Assembly (NCBI GenBank): GCA_964639595.1
Contig: CAZXEC010000001.1
Span: forward strand, 187,750-251,749
Direction: 5' to 3'
DNA from: an uncultured Gammaproteobacteria bacterium
GTDB taxonomy: Bacteria > Patescibacteriota > Microgenomatia > CAZXEC01
Length of the DNA: 64,000 bases
The notes under the pieces were generated by a model that worked only from the letters and a program-made list of their open reading frames with translations, did no database searches and had not been told where the DNA came from. Below, in pieces: positions 26,488 to 36,725 of the stretch. Position numbers and translations under genes: made by a program. Numbering within the stretch: position 1 is the stretch's first letter; each line of letters opens with the position of its first letter.

Positions 26488-27072
26488 ATGACAAGAGACG
26501 ATGCTTACAGTTTGATGACCGAGATGCTTGAGAGCAAAAATTTGCAGAAGCATGGTTTGGCGGTGGAAGCCATTATGCGCACACTATGTAAAGAATTAAG
26601 AATTAAGAATGAAGAATTAAGCGATGAGGAATTTAATGAAGAGGAATGGGCTATTGTCGGCTTGTTGCATGATGCTGATTATGAGCAGGTGGAAAAAGAT
26701 CCGCAAAAGCATACTCTGGTAATGGAAGAAAAACTTAAGCCATTGGGGGTATCGGAAAGAATTATAAATGGCATCAAGGCTCACCATCCAGGAGTCAAGT
26801 CAACCCGCGATAACTTGATGGAAAAGGCGGTTTATGCGGCAGATGAATTGTCAGGACTTATTATTGCTGTTGCTTTGGTTCATCCCGATAAAAAGTTATC
26901 GTCAATTACAGTTGAATCGGTGATGAAAAAATTTCCCCAAAAGAGCTTTGCTGCTGGCGCCAACAGGGAGCAGATTAAAACTTGTGAGGAGGAACTGGGT
27001 ATTCCTTTGGAAGAATTTGTGGGAATTGCACTTTATGCTATGCAAAGGATATCAAGCGAGCTAGGATTATAA
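26488..27072 (+). CDS. HDIG-type HD-domain phosphohydrolase
   Basis: NLQKH, GLLHDADYE, AADELSG, KSFAAG. Confidence 0.85.
   Translation: MTRDDAYSLMTEMLESKNLQKHGLAVEAIMRTLCKELRIKNEELSDEEFNEEEWAIVGLLHDADYEQVEKDPQKHTLVMEEKLKPLGVSERIINGIKAHHPGVKSTRDNLMEKAVYAADELSGLIIAVALVHPDKKLSSITVESVMKKFPQKSFAAGANREQIKTCEEELGIPLEEFVGIALYAMQRISSELGL
26591..26621 (+). repeat. heptamer tandem repeat (AAGAATT)x4 inside the HDIG gene
   Basis: AAGAATT AAGAATT AAGAATG AAGAATT AAG, translated as ELRIKNEEL. Confidence 0.75.
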
Positions 27073-27265
27073 CTTATGGTGGAAGAAGGTAGAAAAGGCG
27101 GAAATCTTGGCCAATATAAATGGCAGTGTGAACTGTTGAGGGCACAAGAGATGGATTTACCAATAGCATCTCAATTCAAGAATTAATTGATTTTATAGAT
27201 ATGGCCGTGAGAGGCCTAACGGGGTTATTAAATAAGGGTCAGCCTGATGATCAATAAAGATAACT

Positions 27266-27865
27266 ATGAAAATTGTAGATCTTAAAAAAATTCTCAAAGT
27301 TTTTTTAACCTTGCAGTGGACCAAGGAACTGCCCCGGCAGGGTTTTATTGCCATGGGTTTTAAGCGGAACGAAGCAGATTCAGTGGCTGCTCATTCATTT
27401 GCTACTGCCCTGCTGGCTTATTTTTTAGCTAAAGAACTGCAAAAAGAAGGATCAAAAATTAATCCGGATAAAGTTTTGAAAATGGGCCTGGTGCATGATA
27501 TCGGGGAAACTATTGTGGGAGATGTGGGCACTTTTGTCAAAGGCATGGCTGGTGGAGTGTTTAAAAATATTGAAGAAGAAGGTGTCAGAGCTCTGGTGGC
27601 CGAGCTTGATTCCAGGGATGAGATTATGGCTCTGGTTGCAGAATATAACGGGCGAAAAACAGTGGAAGCGCGGTTAGTTAAAGCAGCTGATAACCTGGAT
27701 GCGCTGGCTCAAGCCAAAGGTGTACCGGGGGCGGCTGGTGCGTTAAAATATTTTAAGGAAGTTTATCATATTACCAAGTTTGACTGGCACAAAAAAGCTG
27801 TTGATTTAATCATGAGCGACAAAGTGGAGGCGGCCCGGGAGTGGCAGAAAAAAAGTGGTCATTAA
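27266..27865 (+). CDS. HD-domain hydrolase, YfbR/5'-deoxynucleotidase-like
   Basis: LPRQG, SVAAHSF, LVHDIGETIVGD, ADNLDA. Confidence 0.82.
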   Translation: MKIVDLKKILKVFLTLQWTKELPRQGFIAMGFKRNEADSVAAHSFATALLAYFLAKELQKEGSKINPDKVLKMGLVHDIGETIVGDVGTFVKGMAGGVFKNIEEEGVRALVAELDSRDEIMALVAEYNGRKTVEARLVKAADNLDALAQAKGVPGAAGALKYFKEVYHITKFDWHKKAVDLIMSDKVEAAREWQKKSGH

Positions 27866-27871
27866 TAGTTT

Positions 27872-29128
27872 ATGTTGGATATTAATTTTATTCGCGAAAA
27901 TATAGATCAAGTCAAAGCCGGATTGAAGAAAAAAGACCAGGATATTTTTTTAGTAGATCAGTTGCTGAAGATTGATCAAAATAGGCGTGAGCTGATCAAA
28001 ACTATTGAAGATCTTAAAGCCCAAAGAAATAAAGCTGCGCAATCAAAAAATATAAGTCTTGGTAAAAAAATTAAAGACGATTTACGGCAAAAAGAACCTG
28101 ATTTGGAAAAAGCAGAAGTTGAATTTAAAAATATCCTGCTTCAACTGCCCAACTTACCTTTGAAAAATGTTCCCGCAGGCGGAGAAGATAAAAATCAGGT
28201 TTTAAGACAAGGGGGACAACCATCCGAATTTAGTTTTACCCCGAAAGACCATGTGGAATTAGGAGAGATATTGGATATTATCGATATTGAGAGGGCCGCC
28301 AAAGTTTCCGGAACCAGATTTGCTTATTTGAAAGGTAGGGGGGTTTTGCTGGAGTTGGCGCTGGTGCAATATGCTTATGAAGTTTTAGAAAAAGCAGATT
28401 TTACTCCGATTATCCCACCGGTTTTGATAAGACAAGAAATTACTCGAGCTCTAGGTTATTGGCAAGCGGGCGGTAATGAGAATTACTATCTGGTTTCCGA
28501 TTACCAGCAAGAAGAAGAACTATCCAATCCCTTATATCTGGTGGGAACCGGAGAGCACGCGGTGGTGCCAATGCATAAGGATGAGATGTTAGATGTAAGC
28601 CAGTTACCCAAAAAATATGCCGCTTTCTCTCCCTGTTTTAGGCGTGAGGCAGGCTCTTATGGCAAAGATACCCGCGGCATCTTAAGAGTACACCAGTTTG
28701 ACAAAGTGGAGATGGTAGAATTTGTCAAAGTTGAAGATGACGAAAAAGAACGCAGAAAAATGCTCTCTATCGCGGAAAAATTAGTCCAAGGTTTACAGCT
28801 GCCGTATCAAGTGGTGCTGTTGGCAGCAGGTGATCTAGGTTTTCCCTCTGCAGAAACTATTGATATTGAAACTTGGATTCCGTCACAAAATAAATACCGG
28901 GAAACCCATTCGATATCTACCACTACTGATTTTCAAGCCAGACGATTAAATATTAAATATAAAAGTGATGGAAAATTAACGCATGTTCATATCCTAAACG
29001 GCACGGCCTTGGCGATTGGTAGGACTATCATTGCTATTTTGGAAAATTATCAGCAGGCAGACGGTTCGGTTAAAATCCCCAAAGTGCTGCAGCGATACAC
29101 CGGATTTTCCGAGATTAAACCTCAATGA
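27872..29128 (+). CDS. serS: serine--tRNA ligase
   Basis: MLDINFIR, AAKVSGTRF, CFRREAGSYGKDTRGILRVHQFDKVE, LNGT. Confidence 0.97.
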   Translation: MLDINFIRENIDQVKAGLKKKDQDIFLVDQLLKIDQNRRELIKTIEDLKAQRNKAAQSKNISLGKKIKDDLRQKEPDLEKAEVEFKNILLQLPNLPLKNVPAGGEDKNQVLRQGGQPSEFSFTPKDHVELGEILDIIDIERAAKVSGTRFAYLKGRGVLLELALVQYAYEVLEKADFTPIIPPVLIRQEITRALGYWQAGGNENYYLVSDYQQEEELSNPLYLVGTGEHAVVPMHKDEMLDVSQLPKKYAAFSPCFRREAGSYGKDTRGILRVHQFDKVEMVEFVKVEDDEKERRKMLSIAEKLVQGLQLPYQVVLLAAGDLGFPSAETIDIETWIPSQNKYRETHSISTTTDFQARRLNIKYKSDGKLTHVHILNGTALAIGRTIIAILENYQQADGSVKIPKVLQRYTGFSEIKPQ

Positions 29129-30375
29129 ATAAGAAAAATGTTTTTCTGTGGTCGCTTTACGATTTTGCCAATTCCATTGTTTCGGTAGTCTTTGCTCTTT
29201 ATTTTTCTCAATGGTTAGTGATAGACAATAAACTGCCAGATATCTGGTACAATCTCATCTTTGTAGGTACAACTGTTCTTTTACTTCTCACAGCTCCAAT
29301 AGCTGGATCTATTGCTGATAAAATTGGTCTGAAAATGCCATTTTTGACTGCCCTAACTTTAGGACAGTTTATTGCCTTGCTATTAATTGGACTCTTAACT
29401 AATTTCATTTCTATTAATTTGGGAATCTTGATACTGATTATTATTCTTTATATGTTTGCAAATTATTTTTATCAATTTCAATTTGTGTTTTATGATGCAC
29501 TTTTGTATGACATTGCGCCACTGAAAGTTCGAGGTTTTGTATCAGGCCTTGGTCAAACAGCTAATTTATTAGGGCAAATTGCCGGACTTTTAATAACATT
29601 ACCATTAATAAGCGGTGCAGTCTTTTTGATTGGTAATCCAGGACGCGCACAAACTTTTTTACCGGCAACCTTAATATTTTTCCTGTTAGCATTACCAATG
29701 TTGTTATTTTTTAAAGAACTCACAAAACCTAAGAAAATATCAATAAACTTGCTTTTTGAGTATAGAAATTCAATAAAAAATTTTCTTGCTTTATGCAGGG
29801 TTCCTGGAGTGGGAAGATATTTATTAGGTTTCTTTTTCTTTAGTGATGCCATACTTACAGCTGGTATTAATTTACCTATTTATTTGGAACAGGTATTTCA
29901 TATATCTGATCGAATCAAGGCAGTTTTGGTGGTAAGTTTCTTTTTGACTGCTGCTATTGGAGCAGCAGTTTCCGGTAAAATTGCTGATAAAATTGGGTTA
30001 AAGCGTTCACTTTTAATAATTCTTGTCTGCTGGGTATTTGCTTTTCCTGCCTTGTCAATTTTGACTAATTTTTTGCATTTTGCAGTTTTAATTCAATTTT
30101 TTGGTTTTTTATATGGGGGAACAATTATGGCAACCAGAGCAGTAATGTCTTATCTTGCTCCACCTGACAAACTTACTCAAACCTTTGGTTACTTTACCCT
30201 TTTTGAGCGTTTTTCCAGTTTCATAGGACCAGTTACATGGGGATTAATTACTTTGCTTTTGGTAAATACTGGAAGTTTGAGATATCAAATAGCGCTGGCT
30301 TCAATGACTCTTTTTGTCCTGATAGGATTTATTCTTGTAAGAAGTACCCTGTCAGATAATAAAGGTATTCAATAA
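29125..30375 (+). CDS. MFS transporter, UMF1/Atg22-like (copy 1)
   Basis: WSLYDFANS, about 12 TM helices, GKIADKIG. Confidence 0.85.
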   Translation: MNKKNVFLWSLYDFANSIVSVVFALYFSQWLVIDNKLPDIWYNLIFVGTTVLLLLTAPIAGSIADKIGLKMPFLTALTLGQFIALLLIGLLTNFISINLGILILIIILYMFANYFYQFQFVFYDALLYDIAPLKVRGFVSGLGQTANLLGQIAGLLITLPLISGAVFLIGNPGRAQTFLPATLIFFLLALPMLLFFKELTKPKKISINLLFEYRNSIKNFLALCRVPGVGRYLLGFFFFSDAILTAGINLPIYLEQVFHISDRIKAVLVVSFFLTAAIGAAVSGKIADKIGLKRSLLIILVCWVFAFPALSILTNFLHFAVLIQFFGFLYGGTIMATRAVMSYLAPPDKLTQTFGYFTLFERFSSFIGPVTWGLITLLLVNTGSLRYQIALASMTLFVLIGFILVRSTLSDNKGIQ

Positions 30376-30382
30376 AAATTTT

Positions 30383-30841
30383 ATGTTCCTGTTTGCCAAA
30401 ACTATCTATGAGGTGATGTCGCCATTCTCCGGCCGAATCCGGGTTATTGAACAAGGACATGAAAGAAGAGTCATAATCGGCGGATATGTCCAATCCAGGT
30501 GGAATTTTGCCAAAGGAGCCAAAGCCCTGCATGGCACTGTCTGGGACGGATTTTTACGCTTTCCGTTTGCTATAAAACCTGTCCCCAGAACCCTAATTTT
30601 GGGTTTGGGCGGCGGGACTGCTGTTTGCTTACTCCAAGATAAATTCGGCTCCACCTTACCGATTGTTGGAGTTGATATTGATCCGGAAATGATCACCATT
30701 GCCCACAGATTGACCACACTCAAAAATAGTGACAGAATTTTGGTTTTTGATAAGGGCAAAATAGTTCAAGAAGGGACATTTGACGAATTATCCGGCAAAA
30801 AAGGCTTATTTCAGGATTTTTTAAGACAAAGGACTCAGTAG
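30383..30841 (+). pseudogene. chimera: truncated duplicate of the SAM methyltransferase fused in frame to an ABC-ATPase C-terminal fragment
   Basis: 30383-30704 is a near-identical copy of 32110-32431; it continues as [31 protein letters not shown] (ABC H-loop tail). Confidence 0.85.
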
Positions 30842-30857
30842 GCATTAAATTAGTTGT

Positions 30858-32105
30858 ATGAATAGAAAAAATATTTTTCTTTGGAGTCTTTATGATTTTG
30901 CAAATTCCATTGCAGTTATAGTTTTCTTTTTATATTTTTCTCAATGGTTAGTTATAGACAATAAAGTGCCAGATATCTGGTATAACCTGATTTTCGTAGG
31001 ATCAACAATTCTTTTACTTTTAACAGCACCTGTTGTAGGCTCAATAGCTGATAAAATTGGTGTCAGACTACCCTTTTTGAACGTTGCAACGGTTCTGATG
31101 TTTGTTTTTCTTTTAGGATCAAGTCTGTTTGCGACTTTTGCACCTGGTACAACGTTCTTTGTAGCTCTGGCAGCGATACTTTTCCTTTTTTCAAACTATT
31201 TTTACCAATTTTGTTTTACATTTTATAATGCCTTTTTACATGATCTTGCCCCTGCAAAACTGACAGGTTTTGTTTCAGGTTTAGGTCAATCTTCTAATTG
31301 GTTGGGTCAAATTACCGGTCTTTTAATTACCTTACCTTTGGCAACTGGCGCTATTTATTTAGCTGGGCATGCTGGAAGAGCCCAAACTTTTTTACCAGCC
31401 ATACTGGCCTTCTTCTTACTTGCCCTACCTATGATGTTATTTTTTAAAGAGAAACGTAAACCCGAAAAGGTTTCTATAGATCTTGGGGGAGAATATAAAA
31501 ATTCTTTACGTGATTTTATTTCTCTATGTAAACTTCCCGGAATGGGTAGATACCTTTTAGGTTATTTTTTCTTTAATGATGCACTTTTAACAGCTAGTAA
31601 CAACTTCCCTATTTTTATGGAGCAAGTATTTAAGGTCAGTGACAGTGTTAAATCCACACTTTTGCTTGGGATTTTAGCAACTTCTGCAATTGGTGCATTA
31701 ATAACTGGATGGATTTCGGATAAGGTAGGTCTTAAAAAGTCTCTGATAATTATTTTAGCTACCTGGTTAGTAATACTACCAGCCCTAAGTGTAATTACTA
31801 ATTTTACGTACTTTGTTATAGTAGCAGTAATTATGGGATTTTTCTATGGAGCAACCTGGACAGTTACAAGAGCAGTAATGAGCTACCTTACACCAAAGAA
31901 TAGACTTAATAATGCTTTTAGTTATTACACAATGGCAGAACGCTTCTCTACTTTTTTGGGCCCAGTGGTATGGGGATTAGTTACATTGCTTTTGGTAAAC
32001 GCTGGAGCTTTTCGTTATAGAATAGCAGCTCTTTCGATGACTATATTTATTTTAATTGGGTTGATAATTATAAGAAAGATTCCGTCACATACAAAAAATA
32101 TATAA
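30858..32105 (+). CDS. MFS transporter, UMF1/Atg22-like (copy 2)
   Basis: WSLYDFANS, about 12 TM helices; diverged paralog of 29125..30375. Confidence 0.85.
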   Translation: MNRKNIFLWSLYDFANSIAVIVFFLYFSQWLVIDNKVPDIWYNLIFVGSTILLLLTAPVVGSIADKIGVRLPFLNVATVLMFVFLLGSSLFATFAPGTTFFVALAAILFLFSNYFYQFCFTFYNAFLHDLAPAKLTGFVSGLGQSSNWLGQITGLLITLPLATGAIYLAGHAGRAQTFLPAILAFFLLALPMMLFFKEKRKPEKVSIDLGGEYKNSLRDFISLCKLPGMGRYLLGYFFFNDALLTASNNFPIFMEQVFKVSDSVKSTLLLGILATSAIGALITGWISDKVGLKKSLIIILATWLVILPALSVITNFTYFVIVAVIMGFFYGATWTVTRAVMSYLTPKNRLNNAFSYYTMAERFSTFLGPVVWGLVTLLLVNAGAFRYRIAALSMTIFILIGLIIIRKIPSHTKNI

Positions 32106-32109
32106 AGCT

Positions 32110-32775
32110 ATGTTTCTGTTTGCTAAAACTATCTATGAGGTGATGTCGCCATTCTCCGGCCGAATCCGGGTTATTGAACAAGGACATGAAAGAAGAGTCA
32201 TAATCGGCGGATATGTCCAGTCTAAATGGAATTTTGCCAAAGGAGCCAAAGCCCTGCATGGCACGGTCTGGGACGGATTTTTACGCTTTCCGTTTGCCAT
32301 AAAACCTGTCCCCAGAACCCTAATTTTGGGTTTGGGCGGCGGGACTGCGGCTGGCCTGCTCCAAGATAAATTTGGCTCCACCTTACCGATTATTGGAGTT
32401 GATATAGATCCGGAAATGCTCACCATTGCCCGGAATTTTTTTGGAATAAAAAATATCGAAATGATTTGCCAGGATGCTATCCTTTATGTTAAGGAGGCAA
32501 GACAACTTGGCAACGAATTTGATTTTATCATTGTTGATTTGGACAAAGGAGACTCATACCCTAAACAAGCAGAAACAGAAGAATTTATTGCCAATTGCAA
32601 AGGTTTACTCAATCCGGGCGGTGTAGTTGTTTTTAATAGAATTTATACCAGAAACAAACAAGAGCTAGTTGCCCCGTTTTTAAAAATATTAAAAAGTGTT
32701 TTTGCCAGGATTGGGTCAGTGATTATTCCCGGGCTAACCGGTTCTGATAATATTTTAATTTTTGCCCAGGTCTAG
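32110..32775 (+). CDS. spermidine synthase-like SAM-dependent methyltransferase
   Basis: [36 protein letters not shown]. Confidence 0.82.
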   Translation: MFLFAKTIYEVMSPFSGRIRVIEQGHERRVIIGGYVQSKWNFAKGAKALHGTVWDGFLRFPFAIKPVPRTLILGLGGGTAAGLLQDKFGSTLPIIGVDIDPEMLTIARNFFGIKNIEMICQDAILYVKEARQLGNEFDFIIVDLDKGDSYPKQAETEEFIANCKGLLNPGGVVVFNRIYTRNKQELVAPFLKILKSVFARIGSVIIPGLTGSDNILIFAQV

Positions 32776-32781
32776 ATAATG

Positions 32782-32862
32782 ATTAAGGATGAAAGATTAA
32801 AGATAAAGGATGAAATAGTGAGGTTACTAACGACTGATAAGTGTCAACTGATTACTGAATTA
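32782..32862. repeat. intergenic degenerate heptamer repeats
   Basis: ATTAAGG ATGAAAG ATTAAAG ATAAAGG ATGAAAT followed by ACTGATA..ACTGATT ACTGAAT. Confidence 0.55.
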
Positions 32863-33786
32863 CTGGCCGATGGCGCTGGGTGTGGCGCTTTGTGTGCCAG
32901 TTTCCCCCTCCAGAGGTTCCACATTAAAACCGCTTTGGGTTCGGCGCGGCGTTGGAGTAGGGGTTGATATCGGTCCGGTGATAGGTGCGGGTGTTGTTAT
33001 TTGTTTTCCAGTTGTTGGCGATGATTGAGATCCACCAAATAATTGTGAGCCAAAAGCCAGTCCTGCTCCAATCAAGCCACCAACCAGCACGATAATTATT
33101 ATTAATAAAGGTAATTTGATGGGCAGTTTCCTGCCGTCTTCCGGTTCCATTGGCGGACTTGCTGGTTGCATGGAAACCGGTATTTCTCCTGGTGGGATAG
33201 GACCAGGTGTTGCTTGGACAAATTGGTCTTGGGTGGTTGCCATGACTGGCAAAGGAGGTGCTTGAGGCGGTGAAGCTTCAGAAGACATTGGGGCAAAAGG
33301 AATGTAGCTATCTGCAGAAGTAGTCCCTTCCGGTAAAAATGTCTCGCCTTGATTTGGCTGAGTCGGAACAGGCTCGTTTTGTTCAAAACTTGGCGAAACA
33401 AGTCCTTTTTGTACCTGTTCCAGGTCAGCAGCAGGAGATGGTGGTGCTGGCTGTATTGAATCAGTGGGCGGCATAGGAGCTGAAAATGCAGGAGGTTGTA
33501 TACCTGGAGTATTACCGATGTTGTCTGCCAGTTGTTCCAGGTCTTTAGTGATAGTTTGTTCTTCTGCTGGCGTTACAGGAGCAGTCGGGGGGTTTGTTGC
33601 TGGAGCAGTTGGATTGGCCGGGTTAATCAAATCATCAGCCACAGGTTTGATAACCGATGATAAATCAGGAGGGATGGTTGGCTCTGCATTTATATCAGGT
33701 TGTGAGATAGGCGGATTATTCGGCGGCGTGGATGAGGAAACAGGGTTGCTTGGTGCACCTTGACCTGTTGGGTTGTTATCATCCAT
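32860..33786 (-). CDS. Pro-rich disordered protein with one TM helix near the C-terminus
   Basis: Low-complexity Pro/Ser/Gln sequence, then LPLLIIIIVLVGGLIGAGLAFG; start probably ATG 33786. Confidence 0.7.
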   Translation of the reverse strand: MDDNNPTGQGAPSNPVSSSTPPNNPPISQPDINAEPTIPPDLSSVIKPVADDLINPANPTAPATNPPTAPVTPAEEQTITKDLEQLADNIGNTPGIQPPAFSAPMPPTDSIQPAPPSPAADLEQVQKGLVSPSFEQNEPVPTQPNQGETFLPEGTTSADSYIPFAPMSSEASPPQAPPLPVMATTQDQFVQATPGPIPPGEIPVSMQPASPPMEPEDGRKLPIKLPLLIIIIVLVGGLIGAGLAFGSQLFGGSQSSPTTGKQITTPAPITGPISTPTPTPRRTQSGFNVEPLEGETGTQSATPSAIGQ

Positions 33787-33894
33787 ATGTAGATTTAGCA
33801 TAGCTTGGTGTTATAAGGCTTGTCAACCACGCTGTTTCTAGGTAGTATTCCTGGCTCGTTTTATGAAGCTAATTTTGATACAATGGATGTGATT

Positions 33895-36594
33895 ATGCTA
33901 GGAATTTTATCAAAGTTTTTAAATACCAATCAAAGGGAGCTAGATAACATTTGGCCAATTGTTGCCAAGATTGGCCAGCAGGAGGAGTCCATCTCGCAGT
34001 TATCAGACAGACAGCTTTCTGACAAAACCACTGACTTCAAAAAGAAATTACAGGATGGCCAAAGCCTAGAGAGTATTTTGCCAGAAGCTTTTGCTTGCGT
34101 CAGAGAAGCTTCCAAGCGCACCACCGGCATGAGACATTATGACGTGCAGCTTCTGGCAGGTGCGGCACTTTTTCGGGGAAAAATTGCTGAACAAAAAACC
34201 GGCGAAGGTAAAACTTTATCAGCCACCACCGCTCTATATCTGCGGGCACTTGTCGGCCAGGGCGCTCACCTGGTTACTGTCAATGATTATCTGGCCAAAC
34301 GCGACGCCGAGTGGATGGGTCCAATTTTCCATGCGTTGGGAATGTCTGTGGGGGTGATTAATCACGAACAGTCTTATTTATATGACCCCAATCCTCAAAC
34401 TAAGGAAGTAGAGACTGCGGAAGTTCACTTGTCTGAAGAAGAAGCTCTATCCCCGGAAACTGGCGGTTTGGGGACAGGCAAATATTTAAGGGAAGTCACA
34501 AGAAAAGAAGCATATCAGGCAGATATTACCTATGGAACCAATAATGAATTTGGCTTTGATTACCTGCGGGATAATATGGTCAGAGCACTTTCTGATATGG
34601 CCCAACGCGGACACTACTTTGCCATTGTGGACGAGGTAGACTCGGTTTTAATTGACGAAGCCAGAACGCCTTTGATTATTTCTGCTCCCGATACAGAACC
34701 AACAGATAAATATTATGAATTTTCCAAAATTGTCAGCCGACTCAACCCTCAAGCTGATTATGTGGTTGATGAAAAGTTGAAGTCAGTCCATTTAACCGAT
34801 GGGGGCATTGTCAAAATTGAACAATGGCTGCAAGTTGATAACCTATATGAGAAAGATTTTGACACTCTCCACCATATTGAGCAAGCCTTAAAAGCCAGGA
34901 CCCTTTTCCAAAAAGATAGAGATTATATTGTCCGTGACGGGGCAGTTGTCATAGTGGATGAATTTACCGGCAGGCTGATGTTTGGCCGGAGATTTTCTGA
35001 AGGGTTGCATCAGGCCATAGAAGCCAGAGAAGGTGTCAAAATACAACAGGAGTCAAAAACATTGGCTACTATTTCTTTCCAAAATTATTTCCGGATGTAT
35101 CAATATTTAGGAGGTATGACTGGAACTGCTGCCACTGCTGCAGAAGAATTCCATAAAATTTATAAATTAGATGTGCTTGTAGTGCCGACTAACAAAACCA
35201 TGATCAGACAAGATCTGTCAGATGCTATTTATAAAACTGCCAAAATTAAGTTTCAAGCAGTAGCTGCTGAAATTGAAAAAAGGCACCAAGCCGGCCAGCC
35301 GGTGTTAATTGGCACCACTTCCATTGATAAAAATGAGCTGGTATCCCAGCTTTTGACCAGAAAAAGGATCAAACACCAAATCCTCAATGCTAAAAACCAC
35401 CAGAAAGAAGCCCAAATTATCTCTCAAGCCGGACAAAAAGGAGCAGTAACCGTGGCCACCAATATTGCCGGGCGAGGAGTCGACATTAAATTGGGAGATG
35501 GCGTAGTTTCTCTAGGGGGCCTACATATTATTGGCACAGAAAGACATGAGGCCAGAAGAATTGATGACCAACTAAGAGGCAGGGCCGGACGACAAGGTGA
35601 CCCCGGTTCTTCACAATTTTTTGTGTCCTTGGAAGATGACATTATGAGGCTATTCGGAGGATCACAAGTGGCGGGACTGATGACCGCTTTGAAAATTCCT
35701 GATGATATGCCTATTTCCCATGGCATGATTTCTCGGGCCATTGAGAGCGCCCAAAATCGCGTGGAAGGCCACAATTTTGATATTAGAAAACATGTAGTTG
35801 AGTATGATGATGTGATCAACAAACAAAGGCAAATAGTTTACGGCCAAAGAAAAAAGATCATCGAGCAAAGTGAAACTCAAGAAGACTATCTGCGCCAGAT
35901 AGTTTTGGGAAAATTAAGACAAGAGATATCTGGCATGGCAATTTTATACGGACAAGAGGGTTACACTCCGGCAGAAGTTGCCGAGTTAATCAGAGAATTT
36001 TGTGAAATTATCCCTTTTGATCAGGCTTCACGTGACCAAATTACCAGCCAGATTGGCACCGGTAAATCAAGCGAGGAAGTATCGCAGTTATTATGGTCTG
36101 TTGTAGAGCATGTTTACAACCAACGTCTTGATGAGTTGGGCAATCAAGTGATGATAGAGGTGGAAAAGTTTGTACTTTTGGAAGTGGTTGACCGTTTGTG
36201 GATTGAGCACCTGGATGCTGTAGATGATTTGCGGGAGGGGATTGGCTTAAGAGGTTATGCGCAAAGAGACCCCTTGGTGGAATACAAAGCCGAAGCTTTT
36301 GGTATGTTTGAGAAACTGATGAAAAATATCGACTATGAAGTAGCCAGAAGAATTTTTAAAGTGCAGGTAGCTGGGAGACAAACTACTCACAACTCACCGC
36401 TTACAGCAAACAGCAGATTACAGCCTATTGAAAATAGCAGTGCTCAGATAGCAGATCAGCAAGCAGTCAGCCCCGATCAATCCCGATCAAATCGGGATCA
36501 AATCGGGGTCAGCCATAAGCAAAAATTAGGCCGTAATGATCTGTGCTGGTGCGGTAGCGGGAAAAAGTATAAAAGATGTCACTATCCTAATTAG
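33895..36594 (+). CDS. secA: preprotein translocase ATPase SecA
   Basis: KTGEGKT, VDEVDS, ATNIAGRGVDI, QLRGRAGRQGDPG, SEC-C motif GRNDLCWCGSGKKYKRCH; start moved to ATG 33895. Confidence 0.97.
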   Translation: MLGILSKFLNTNQRELDNIWPIVAKIGQQEESISQLSDRQLSDKTTDFKKKLQDGQSLESILPEAFACVREASKRTTGMRHYDVQLLAGAALFRGKIAEQKTGEGKTLSATTALYLRALVGQGAHLVTVNDYLAKRDAEWMGPIFHALGMSVGVINHEQSYLYDPNPQTKEVETAEVHLSEEEALSPETGGLGTGKYLREVTRKEAYQADITYGTNNEFGFDYLRDNMVRALSDMAQRGHYFAIVDEVDSVLIDEARTPLIISAPDTEPTDKYYEFSKIVSRLNPQADYVVDEKLKSVHLTDGGIVKIEQWLQVDNLYEKDFDTLHHIEQALKARTLFQKDRDYIVRDGAVVIVDEFTGRLMFGRRFSEGLHQAIEAREGVKIQQESKTLATISFQNYFRMYQYLGGMTGTAATAAEEFHKIYKLDVLVVPTNKTMIRQDLSDAIYKTAKIKFQAVAAEIEKRHQAGQPVLIGTTSIDKNELVSQLLTRKRIKHQILNAKNHQKEAQIISQAGQKGAVTVATNIAGRGVDIKLGDGVVSLGGLHIIGTERHEARRIDDQLRGRAGRQGDPGSSQFFVSLEDDIMRLFGGSQVAGLMTALKIPDDMPISHGMISRAIESAQNRVEGHNFDIRKHVVEYDDVINKQRQIVYGQRKKIIEQSETQEDYLRQIVLGKLRQEISGMAILYGQEGYTPAEVAELIREFCEIIPFDQASRDQITSQIGTGKSSEEVSQLLWSVVEHVYNQRLDELGNQVMIEVEKFVLLEVVDRLWIEHLDAVDDLREGIGLRGYAQRDPLVEYKAEAFGMFEKLMKNIDYEVARRIFKVQVAGRQTTHNSPLTANSRLQPIENSSAQIADQQAVSPDQSRSNRDQIGVSHKQKLGRNDLCWCGSGKKYKRCHYPN
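36467..36512. repeat. nested 17-bp palindromic element copies with 4-bp flanking direct repeats, in frame in the secA C-terminal linker
   Basis: TCAG[CCCCGA TCAA[TCCCGATCAAATCGGGA]TCAA ATCGGGG]TCAG; 42 nt extra. Confidence 0.9.
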
Positions 36595-36725
36595 TGACAT
36601 CTTTTGCGAGATTTACACTACTATTGAGATAGTCTTCTCAATAGTATTCCAATCTCTAAAACATTGTCATTACCCCAATTAAAATATGAAAACTAATGGT
36701 TTGATGTCTTAAATTAGCAAAAATT

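Noticed and set aside
27076-27257. 36-aa ORF plus a second open frame, a possible frameshifted remnant
   Set aside because: No recognisable family; too weak to call.
32779-32967. 62-aa ORF MIKDERLKIKDE..
   Set aside because: It is a translation of heptamer repeats and overlaps a real gene on the opposite strand.
33820-33894. N-terminal extensions in the ORF track (secA, rmlA, hppA, ftsE, GT2, FNR)
   Set aside because: Family similarity begins at downstream ATGs, so the extensions are longest-ORF artefacts.
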